Below, piece by piece: positions 27,681-35,823 of a stretch of DNA of 64,000 nucleotides. Origin of the DNA: Acidobacteriota bacterium (lineage in GTDB: Bacteria; Acidobacteriota; UBA4820; DSQY01); the NCBI GenBank assembly GCA_049967655.1, contig JBMFSH010000002.1:96001-160000 (forward strand), in the 5' to 3' direction. Position 1 is the stretch's first letter; every line of letters starts with the position of its first letter. The notes below the pieces were generated by a model that was not told the DNA's origin, searched no databases, and was given only the letters and a program-made list of their open reading frames with translations. A program made the position numbers and the translations under genes.

Positions 27681-29369
27681 GTGATTACCAGCCTACGCCT
27701 GAAGGACTACGCCCTGGTAGAGGAGCTCGTGTTGGAGCCGGGGGGCGAGCTGTGCCTTCTCACCGGTGAGACGGGCGCGGGGAAATCCATCCTGGTGGAT
27801 GCCGTGGGACTGCTCGCTGGCAACCGCGCCGAGACCGAGATGGTGAGAACCGGAGCCGAGGAGGCCGTGATCGAAGGCTCCTTCCGGCCCTCGCTGAAGG
27901 CCGCCGAGGTGGCCGCGCTCCTGCGGGGCTGGGATCTGGCCTTCGAGGGCGAGCTGGTGATCCGGCGCCGGATTCAACGCTCGGGAAGAAACACCGTGAC
28001 CCTCAACGGCGCCGCCATCACGCTGGCGCAGCTCCGCGAACTGGGCGCCCTCCTCGTGGAGATCCACGGGCAGAACCAGAGCCAGACGCTCCTCGACGAG
28101 GAGACTCACCGCCGCATCCTCGACGCGTTGCCCTCGGTCTCCCCGGCGGCCGACGCGCTTCGCGCCGCGTCCACGGATCTCTCCCAGGCCCTGTCCCGGT
28201 GGCGGACGCTCAGCCGCAGCGAGGCGGAGAGGGCCCAGCGGCTGGACCTCCTCCGCTTTCAGATGGAGGAGATCGACCGGGTGGCCCCGAGGGCGGGCGA
28301 AGAGGAGGAGCTGCTGGCCTCCAAGAGTCGGCTGCAGAACGTGGAGCGCATCGCCGAGGCGGTCGGCTCGCTTCACCAGCTCCTCGCCGAGGGCGACCCC
28401 TGTGTGCGGGTGCTGCTGTCGGAGGCGACCCGATGGATCGAGGCACTGAAGGAGGTGGATCCGGATTGGGGGGGCTACCTCGCCGACCTCCGCCAGGCCT
28501 CCGGCGTGCTCTCCAGCATCGCCTCGGAGGCGGAGCGGACCGCCTCTACCATCTCGTTTGATCCCGAAGCCCTGGAGAGAACCCTTCAGCGCCTCGCCGA
28601 CCTGGACCGCCTCAAACGCAAGTACGGCCCGACCCTCGATGACCTCCTCGCTCACCGGGCGAGCATAGGAGAAGAGGCGGCCCAGCTCTCCGGCGGCGAA
28701 GCCACCGCCGACGGGGCTCGCGAGCGAATCGAGGCCTCCTTCGCGGAGTACATGAGGCGCGCCCTGGAGCTCAGCTCCGCCCGCAAAGTCGCCGCCCTCG
28801 AGTTCGGCGGCGCCGTCGAAGCGGAGCTCAAGCCCCTGGCCATGGAGCGGGCTCGCTTCCTGGTTGAACTGGTCCCGCGTCCCGTGGGCCGAGCGGAGGA
28901 GGCTACGGAGGCAGGCCTGGAAGAGGTCCGGTTCCTCTTTTCGAGCAACCCCGGCGTGCCCCCCAAGCCTCTGGCCAAGATCGCTTCGGGCGGAGAGCTG
29001 AGCCGGACGCTCCTCGCCCTCCTCACGGCTACGAGGCAATGGATGGGTACCGACACGATCATCTTCGACGAGGTGGACGCGGGCATCGGAGGGCGGCCCG
29101 CCGAACGGGTAGGCAGGCGGCTTCGCAGGCTGGCCGAGCACCACCAGGTGCTCTGCATCACCCACCTGCCGCAGATTGCCGCGTTCGCCCACCAGCACAT
29201 CATCATCGAGAAGGTTCAAACATCCAGGCGCACTTGTGTCACCGCCAGGACCCTCGGACCCGAAGATCGAGAGAGGGAACTGGCCCGGATGCTCGCCGGG
29301 GAGAGGATCCAGGAGACCGCCCTGCGCCACGCCAGAACCCTGCTCGCCTCGGCCTCCGCTGCGGAGTAG
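27681..29369 (+). CDS. recN: DNA repair protein RecN
   Basis: LTGETGAGKS, EIHGQ, KIASGGELSR, IFDEVDAGIGG, ITHLPQIA. Confidence 0.96.
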   Translation: MITSLRLKDYALVEELVLEPGGELCLLTGETGAGKSILVDAVGLLAGNRAETEMVRTGAEEAVIEGSFRPSLKAAEVAALLRGWDLAFEGELVIRRRIQRSGRNTVTLNGAAITLAQLRELGALLVEIHGQNQSQTLLDEETHRRILDALPSVSPAADALRAASTDLSQALSRWRTLSRSEAERAQRLDLLRFQMEEIDRVAPRAGEEEELLASKSRLQNVERIAEAVGSLHQLLAEGDPCVRVLLSEATRWIEALKEVDPDWGGYLADLRQASGVLSSIASEAERTASTISFDPEALERTLQRLADLDRLKRKYGPTLDDLLAHRASIGEEAAQLSGGEATADGARERIEASFAEYMRRALELSSARKVAALEFGGAVEAELKPLAMERARFLVELVPRPVGRAEEATEAGLEEVRFLFSSNPGVPPKPLAKIASGGELSRTLLALLTATRQWMGTDTIIFDEVDAGIGGRPAERVGRRLRRLAEHHQVLCITHLPQIAAFAHQHIIIEKVQTSRRTCVTARTLGPEDRERELARMLAGERIQETALRHARTLLASASAAE

Positions 29370-29639
29370 ACCGCGGCGCATTCCAGGAGACAGGGAACGT
29401 GAGGGCCATCACAAAAGCCCCTTCCAGCAAGCTTCCAGGCTTGCATCGCTGGAAACGCCGCAATACACTGTATTTGAATGTCATTTTTCCGCCACGAGAG
29501 GAGTCTGCTCGCAATTCCCCGGGAGGCGGCATGAGGAAGGCCCATGGATCAAAGACCATCCCCATCAACCCGTGACCCGGCCTTGCACCGTGAGCGGAGA
29601 CCCGGACCGATAAAACGCAAGCCGGGCTCGGAGGAAATC

Positions 29640-32600
29640 ATGGAACAGATCAAAGGACGAGCGGGCACGGAGTTTCGGTGTCTGCTGCTGGCGTTGGCTT
29701 GCCTTCCCCTTCTGCACGCCATTCCCGCGCGCGCCTCGGGGTCAACGCCCCTTTCCGCCCAGGCGGGCCCGCGGCTGGAGAAGGCCTTTGGAGCTATCCC
29801 GCTGCATTTCGAGCCCAACCGGGGGCAGAGCGATCCTCGGGTCGAGTATCTCGCCCGCGGGCGCGGCTTCGGCCTCTACCTCACCAGGAGGGGGGCGACC
29901 CTCGTCCTGAGCGCGCCGACAGGCGAGTCGGCGCGGGGCTCCCGGCGGCCTCCCCGGGATACCCGCCCGCATGTCCGCTCCACGATCCGCATCTCTCTGG
30001 AGGGCGGCAATGCGGCTCCCGCGCTGGTGGGCCTCGACCGCCTCGCCGGCACCTCCAGCTACTTCCTGGGGAACGACCCCTCGCGGTGGATTAGGGCCAT
30101 CCCCACCTTCGGGCGCGTCGCCTGCAAGCAGGTCTACCCGGGCGTGGACGTGGTTTACTACGGGGCCGGAAGGGCCCTGGAATACGATTTCCAGCTTGCC
30201 GCGGGGACGAATCCCCGAACGATCAGGCTCCGGTACGACGACGGGGCGGGGAACCCCGTCCCCTTGCGGGTCAGCCCCAGCGGTGATCTCCTCCTCTCGA
30301 CTCCCTTCGGTCGGCTCGTCCAGCACGCCCCCGCCGTCTTCCAAATGCGGAACGGGGAGAAGAACATGCTCTCCGGCCACTACGAGATCCTGGGACCGGG
30401 GCGCGTGGGACTGGTCGTGGCCAGTTACGACGCCTCTCGCCCGCTGACCATTGATCCAATTCTTAGCTACTCCACCTACCTGGGCGGCAGCGGCCAGGAT
30501 CAGGCGGCGGGCATTGCGGTGGATTCCAACGGGAACGCCTACGTGACCGGCTCCACGCAGTCCACCGATTTCCCCCAGGCCAGCGATGCGCCGAGCGGAG
30601 GATGGGACGCCTTCGTGACCAAGTTCTCTCCGGACGGCAAGAGCCTCCTCTACTCCATCTACTTCGGGGGGAAGGGGGATGACCTGGCCCACGCCATCGC
30701 CGTGGACTCCTCAGGTGACGTGACCATCGCCGGCCAGACCACCTCCTACGACCTGCCCGTCCTCAAAGCGTTCCAGCCCACCCACGCGGGGACCGCGAGC
30801 TCTGCTAACGAGGATGCCTTCATCGCCGAGTTCGGCCCCTCCGGCACGGCGCTTCTCTATTCTTCTTACCTGGGCGGCTTCGGGGATGACGTGGCCACGG
30901 CCGTAGCCCTCGATGCCGCAGGCGATGCTTTCGTGACGGGGTACACCTATTCACCCGATTTCCCCGCCTCTTCGAACGCCGACCAGCCGGCCTACGGTGG
31001 CGCCGGCGACGGGTTCCTTTCCGAGGTGGCAGCGGGCGGGAACAAGCTCCTCTACTCCAGCTTCCTGGGGGGCGAAGCCTACGACGAGGGGCGGGGCATC
31101 GCGGTGAGCACCGACGGCCACGTGTTCGTCACGGGCGACACCTCGTCGGTCGCCTTCCCCATTCTCAACGCCTATCAGGCCCAGCTCGCTGGAGCCAGCG
31201 ACGCCTTCGTCAGCGCCTTCGATTTCAGCGGTGCCACCGGCACCAGCCCCGGTCAGGTGATCTACTCCACCTACTTGGGGGGCGCCGGCAGCGACGCCGG
31301 CCTGGCCGTCGCCGCCGACGCGAGCGGGGACGCTTACGTAACGGGCTACACCTATTCGACTCACTTTCCAACCAGCCCCGGCGCCTACCAGAGGGCCCTC
31401 ACCGCCGGCCAATCGGCCGACGCCTTCGTAACGGAGTTTTCGCCGACGGGCGGCTCCCTGGTCTACTCCACCTACCTCGGGGGTTCGGCCTTTGATGCCG
31501 CCTACGCCATTGCCTTGGCCAGCGACGGAAGCGCCTGCGTGGCCGGGGATACCTATTCCACCGACTTCCCGGTGGCATTCCCCGTCCAGGCGGCCAACGC
31601 CAGCGCCTCCGCCGGCAACAGCGACACCTTCGTGAGCAAGTTGTCGCCTTCTGGCTCGGCCCTCTCCTTCTCGACCTATCTAGGCGGAAGCGACACGGAC
31701 CAGGGCCGCGCCATCGCCCTGGATTCCTCCAACAACATTTACGTGGCAGGGACCACCTACTCCAGCAACTTCCCGATGCAGAACGCCTTTCAGAGCGTCT
31801 CCCACGGAGCGGGGGACGCCTTCGTTTCCAAGATCCTTCTGGCCGGCTGTACCCTCACCTGCACCGCCGTGGCCTCACCCGGCACCGGTGCTGCCCCTCT
31901 CCCCGTCACCTTTTCGGCTACCGCTACCCCGAGTAGCTGCGGAAGCGGCACCGTGGCCTACGACTGGAATTTCGGCGACGGCACACCCCACGCAAGCGCG
32001 CCGAATACCAGCCACACCTACCTCCAGCCGGGGAGCTATACCTGGACGCTGACCGTGAGCCTCGACGGCACCACTTGCACCCAGAGCGGCTCCATCGTGG
32101 TCACCCCCGGCTGCACCGTGAGCTGCTCGGCCAACGCCACCCCCACGGCGGGTCCGGCGCCGCTGGCCGTGGCTCTCACCGCTTCCGCCTCCTCCTCGGA
32201 CTGCGGAGGGGCCGCCACCTACCTCTGGAACTTCGGTGACGGCTCGGCCGCTTCCACGGCGCAGAACCCGAGCCACACCTACCTTCAGCCGGGCACCTAC
32301 ACCTGGGCCGTGACGGCCACCATCGCCGGCAGCACCTGCACCCAGAGCGGCTCGGTGACGGCGCTGGCGACCCCGGGAAGCCTTTCGGGCATGGTGGCCA
32401 TCTCCGCGGGAGACCAGTTCTTCTCCCTCGACGGGCCCGGCATCGTCTCGGGCACGGTCACGGCGGTGGACTCCGCGGGCAACGCGACGACGGCGCCTCT
32501 GTCGGGAGGCCACTTCTCCTTCTCGGGGCTCGCCCAGGGGAGCTACCAGCTCACCGCCACGGTGACCTACACGGACAACGTCCTCTACGACGCCGATCTG

Positions 32601-35360
32601 CTGAGCTACGGTTGTACGGCGCCTTCGGGCATGCAGATTCAGAAGACGGCCATCTCTGCGCCGGTCGCCGTGGACACCTCCAATACCGCCTACGTGGTGG
32701 TCTCCTTCCCGCCGCCGCTGGTCATGATTCACGGCATGTTCGACTGCTACCAGAAGTGGTACGACCCCAACGCCTCGGACTCCAACGCCGCCCTTTACTG
32801 GGACAACGACGCGAGGGCCCACGGCCTCATCAGCTTCACGCCGAACTACGCCTGGTGGGGAGGGATCTCGAGCTGGCCCACCATGGCCGACGAGGTGGCC
32901 CAGCAGATCGGGCAGGACCTCTCGGGACTGAGCTCCAGCGGCGCGGGAACGGGCTCCGCAGTCCCGCCCATCCCCACCGTCTGGATCGCCCACGACATGG
33001 GGGGCCTCGTGGCACGGGTGCTGGCCTCGGGGGACCACCGGAACGACGTGCTGGTGCAAAACGTCTGGAAGATTTACCTGCTCGGCGTGCCCAACAGCGG
33101 CACGAACCTCCAGCTGGCGGGGAGCGACAACGGCACCCTGAGCACCGACACCATCCTGCGGCGCTTCAACGCCGTCTATCCCGACTTCGGGAGCCTTCAG
33201 GGCCGGGTCTACGCCATCGCCGGGGACAGCGGCCTGTGGGGGCTCCAGAACGATGACGGGCTGGTCTCTCTGGCCTCGGCCTTCACCATCTCGCGGGAGC
33301 TGTGCACCACGACCTTCGGCTACCCCGTCTGCCAGCAGTACCCCGCCGTCAGCTTCGCCGCCGGGACCGGCCACATCTTCGGTTACAGCCACGCCGATCT
33401 GGGCGGCCCCGCCTCGGCGAAGGCCATCCTGGAGGGGGTCATCCTGCCCGGCGTCGCGGCGCTGGCCAAGAGCGGGCCGCTTCCGGAACACGTGCCGGAG
33501 AGTCCCGCGGGCACTACGGTCTGGGGCACCACCAGCCGCACGTCGGGAACCAAGAGAGGGCGCATCAAGGCCACCCTCAGCCGCTCGGAGGCGGGCCAGT
33601 CCTTCTCCTACCCGTTTACCATCGGAGAGACCGACGGCATGGCCCTGCTGGCCACGGTCACCGACGGCTCCGCCGCTTTCCAACTGCTCGACCCCACGGG
33701 CCAGGTGGCGCAGAGCAGCCCCTCGGTGGACGGCCTCTTCTCCTTCTCCACCCTCAACCCGGCCCCGGGCGCCTGGACGCTCGTCGTAACCCCCGGCGGC
33801 TCGGGGGTCTCCTTCACCGCCACGGCGCAGGAGGACAGCCCCTTCGGCATCCGCGGGAGCCTGGATGAGAGTGCCTATCTCCCCAACTCCACGGCGGTCC
33901 TGAGGGTGGACCTCGAGGGCAGCCTCAAGGTGGTGCCCGCCTCGGTGACGGCCAGCATCTACGACGGCTACGACAACCTGATCGAGACCGTTCCTCTTTA
34001 TGACGACGGCCAGCACGACGACGGCGCTCCGGGCGACGGCGCCTACGGTGCCCTCCTCGCCGCCTTCACGTCGCCCGGCTCTTACCCCGTCGTCTTCACC
34101 GCCACCGGCTCCTACCAGGGCGAGGCCTTCTCCCGTCTCGCCTTCGCCACCCTGACGGTGGTGCCCTCCACCCACCTGCTGACGGGCGCCTTCGCCCTTT
34201 CGCCCGTGAGCCAGAGCGGCGGGGGCCCCACGGACGCCATCCAGATGACCGCCGGCGTCAACCTGCCGGCGGCGGGGAGCTACGCCCTCTCGGCGGACCT
34301 GCTGGATGCGGGGGGCCTCTTCGTGGCCCACGCCTCCACGGCGCTCACGGCCACGGCGGCGGGCCTCACAACCGCGACCCTGGTCTTCCCGCTGGACGGC
34401 GCCACGTGCAGCCAGCTCGATGCCCCGCTGACGGTGGCCGGCCTTCAGGTCCTGGATGGAACCACCCTGACGCCCGAGGACGTCTGGGGTTCTCCCATCT
34501 ACACCCCTGCCTACCCCTCCGGCACCTTCTCCTGCCAGAGCGGTACCCCCGAGCCCACGCCCACGGCTCTCCAGCCCTCCCAGGCCGTGACGGGCACCTC
34601 CATCAGCCTGCTGGTGGCGGGCACCGGCTTCCAGGGCGGCGCCACGCTCACCTTCGATTCGGGCATTCAGGTCAACAAGGTCATCGAGCTCTCGCAGAAC
34701 CTCCTTTCGGCCTCCGTCACCGTCCTTTCGAACGCGGCTGCGGGCGGCCACACGCTGACCGTCACCAACCCCAACGGCACTTCGGGGAACCTGGTCTCGG
34801 CCCTGACGGTCACGCCGAACCAGCCGCCCGCCGTCACCCTCTTGACCCCCGCCAGCGGAACGAGCTACTTCAGCTCCTCCCCCACCCAGGTGAGCGTCTC
34901 GGCCTCCGCGAGCGACGACATCGGAGTCACCCAGGTGGTCTTCCTGCTGGACGGAGCGCCCGAGGCCAGCGTGAGCCAGTTCCCGTTCATCTGGAGCTTT
35001 CCCTCCTCCGTTCTGACCCACGGCGCCCATACCCTGACGGCCGTGGCCTACGACACCAGCGGCCTGACCGCCCAGGCCTCCGTGACCATCTACAAGGACC
35101 CGCCCACCGTCACGGCCATCAGCAAGCTGATCAACCCCTTCCGCCTGAAGGTCACGGGGACCAACTTCCTCCCGGGCCTCTCGGTCACCATCGGGAGTGA
35201 CACAACCCCCTGGCCCGGCGTGACCGTCAAATCGGACACCAAGCTGATCCTCAAGAAGGGGGCCCGCCTCAAGGCGCTCTTCCCGAAGGGGCAGGCCGTG
35301 TCCATCCGCATCGCCTACCCCGATGGCACGCAAGGAACGGCCAGCTACACCAGGCCCTGA
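29640..35360 (+). CDS. Large secreted multidomain protein: SBBP propeller repeats, 2x PKD, alpha/beta-hydrolase-like domain, Ca-binding LYDDG motif, IPT/Ig domains
   Basis: GGAGG RBS, signal peptide ending ARA, FEPNRGQ, repeated YSTYLGG...DAFV, WNFGDG x2, IHG...AHDMGG...DGLV...H, LYDDGQHDDGAPGDG. Confidence 0.88.
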   Translation: MEQIKGRAGTEFRCLLLALACLPLLHAIPARASGSTPLSAQAGPRLEKAFGAIPLHFEPNRGQSDPRVEYLARGRGFGLYLTRRGATLVLSAPTGESARGSRRPPRDTRPHVRSTIRISLEGGNAAPALVGLDRLAGTSSYFLGNDPSRWIRAIPTFGRVACKQVYPGVDVVYYGAGRALEYDFQLAAGTNPRTIRLRYDDGAGNPVPLRVSPSGDLLLSTPFGRLVQHAPAVFQMRNGEKNMLSGHYEILGPGRVGLVVASYDASRPLTIDPILSYSTYLGGSGQDQAAGIAVDSNGNAYVTGSTQSTDFPQASDAPSGGWDAFVTKFSPDGKSLLYSIYFGGKGDDLAHAIAVDSSGDVTIAGQTTSYDLPVLKAFQPTHAGTASSANEDAFIAEFGPSGTALLYSSYLGGFGDDVATAVALDAAGDAFVTGYTYSPDFPASSNADQPAYGGAGDGFLSEVAAGGNKLLYSSFLGGEAYDEGRGIAVSTDGHVFVTGDTSSVAFPILNAYQAQLAGASDAFVSAFDFSGATGTSPGQVIYSTYLGGAGSDAGLAVAADASGDAYVTGYTYSTHFPTSPGAYQRALTAGQSADAFVTEFSPTGGSLVYSTYLGGSAFDAAYAIALASDGSACVAGDTYSTDFPVAFPVQAANASASAGNSDTFVSKLSPSGSALSFSTYLGGSDTDQGRAIALDSSNNIYVAGTTYSSNFPMQNAFQSVSHGAGDAFVSKILLAGCTLTCTAVASPGTGAAPLPVTFSATATPSSCGSGTVAYDWNFGDGTPHASAPNTSHTYLQPGSYTWTLTVSLDGTTCTQSGSIVVTPGCTVSCSANATPTAGPAPLAVALTASASSSDCGGAATYLWNFGDGSAASTAQNPSHTYLQPGTYTWAVTATIAGSTCTQSGSVTALATPGSLSGMVAISAGDQFFSLDGPGIVSGTVTAVDSAGNATTAPLSGGHFSFSGLAQGSYQLTATVTYTDNVLYDADLLSYGCTAPSGMQIQKTAISAPVAVDTSNTAYVVVSFPPPLVMIHGMFDCYQKWYDPNASDSNAALYWDNDARAHGLISFTPNYAWWGGISSWPTMADEVAQQIGQDLSGLSSSGAGTGSAVPPIPTVWIAHDMGGLVARVLASGDHRNDVLVQNVWKIYLLGVPNSGTNLQLAGSDNGTLSTDTILRRFNAVYPDFGSLQGRVYAIAGDSGLWGLQNDDGLVSLASAFTISRELCTTTFGYPVCQQYPAVSFAAGTGHIFGYSHADLGGPASAKAILEGVILPGVAALAKSGPLPEHVPESPAGTTVWGTTSRTSGTKRGRIKATLSRSEAGQSFSYPFTIGETDGMALLATVTDGSAAFQLLDPTGQVAQSSPSVDGLFSFSTLNPAPGAWTLVVTPGGSGVSFTATAQEDSPFGIRGSLDESAYLPNSTAVLRVDLEGSLKVVPASVTASIYDGYDNLIETVPLYDDGQHDDGAPGDGAYGALLAAFTSPGSYPVVFTATGSYQGEAFSRLAFATLTVVPSTHLLTGAFALSPVSQSGGGPTDAIQMTAGVNLPAAGSYALSADLLDAGGLFVAHASTALTATAAGLTTATLVFPLDGATCSQLDAPLTVAGLQVLDGTTLTPEDVWGSPIYTPAYPSGTFSCQSGTPEPTPTALQPSQAVTGTSISLLVAGTGFQGGATLTFDSGIQVNKVIELSQNLLSASVTVLSNAAAGGHTLTVTNPNGTSGNLVSALTVTPNQPPAVTLLTPASGTSYFSSSPTQVSVSASASDDIGVTQVVFLLDGAPEASVSQFPFIWSFPSSVLTHGAHTLTAVAYDTSGLTAQASVTIYKDPPTVTAISKLINPFRLKVTGTNFLPGLSVTIGSDTTPWPGVTVKSDTKLILKKGARLKALFPKGQAVSIRIAYPDGTQGTASYTRP
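31850..32362 (+). repeat. Two tandem Cys-containing PKD repeats (~85 aa each)
   Basis: Near-duplicated segments: WNFGDG...SHTYLQPGxYTW...TCTQSGS, also similar at DNA level; boundaries approximate. Confidence 0.8.
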
Positions 35361-35385
35361 GTCTTCGTAATCTCACCGATGCAGA

Positions 35386-35415
35386 GGGGCGGCCTCCAGG
35401 CCGCCCCCCTTCTTC
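35386..35415 (+). terminator. Hairpin terminator after the large secreted-protein gene
   Basis: GGGGCGGCC-loop-GGCCGCCCC followed by CTTCTTC. Confidence 0.65.
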
Positions 35416-35428
35416 ATCCCCCCGAAGG

Positions 35429-35581
35429 TGTCACCCTGAGATCACCCCCCAGAGGGCTCCCCGGAAAGGGCCTCAGGCGTGGAACCCGCAGAAACCGCCG
35501 TGAAGGCTCCGCTGGCGTTTTGCCTAGACCAGCGCCTGAGGTCCTTCAGGGGCACTGCTTCGAAGGGGCCTTCAGGATGAC
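35429..35581. repeat. REP/MITE-like long imperfect palindrome
   Basis: Outer arms GTCACCCTGA / TCAGGATGAC; inner arms AAGGGCCTCAGGCG / CGCCTGAGGTCCTT. Confidence 0.6.
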
Positions 35582-35617
35582 GGGAAAGCGGACGGGCGGA
35601 TCGGGAGCGGATCTCCC

Positions 35618-35653
35618 TTGACAAGACGTGGGGGGGGGGGGGGGTGGTAGCCT
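35618..35653 (+). promoter_or_regulatory. sigma70-like promoter with G15 tract in the spacer
   Basis: TTGACA (35618-23), G15 (35630-44), extended -10 TGg-TAGCCT (35645-53); spacer 24 nt as assembled. Confidence 0.6.
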
Positions 35654-35679
35654 GGAGCCGTCTTGAAAGGAGGTGTTCG

Positions 35680-35757
35680 ATGGGCACGATCCTCTTCCTC
35701 ATCACGGTCCTGGTCTGTTCTCCTGCCGGCGGCACTATCTGGGGCACGACGACCTGA
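35680..35757 (+). CDS. 25-aa small peptide MGTILFLITVLVCSPAGGTIWGTTT
   Basis: AAAGGAGGT RBS 5 nt before ATG, mostly G/C-ending codons, upstream promoter and downstream hairpin; below the ORF-track size cutoff. Confidence 0.75.
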   Translation: MGTILFLITVLVCSPAGGTIWGTTT

Positions 35758-35776
35758 ACGGCACCGGGATCCGAAG

Positions 35777-35807
35777 CCCAGGGGGGCCCAGGCCGGGTTT
35801 CCCTGGG
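35777..35807. terminator. Hairpin between the convergent peptide and cyclase genes
   Basis: CCCAGGGGGGCCC-AGGCC-GGGTTTCCCTGGG, pairing with G-U on the + transcript; weak U-tail. Confidence 0.5.
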
Positions 35808-35823
35808 GCTCTTCCCTCCCGTG

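Noticed and set aside
29480..29639. c-di-GMP riboswitch in the surface-protein leader
   Set aside because: Hairpins are present but the GEMM core motifs are not matched.
30460..31840. Periodic repeats as CRISPR or a DGR-like array
   Set aside because: They are degenerate in-frame SBBP propeller repeats, not identical repeats with spacers; no cas or reverse transcriptase gene.
31875..35333. Long antisense ORFs (1152 aa here; also 14108-16549, 27693-29381, 43875-45689, 46590-48716)
   Set aside because: Shadow frames of GC-rich genes on the opposite strand, with no motifs.
35429..35581. 6S RNA call for the long hairpin
   Set aside because: No recognisable 6S conserved motifs or typical gene context; the ends look REP-like. 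Left as a repeat.
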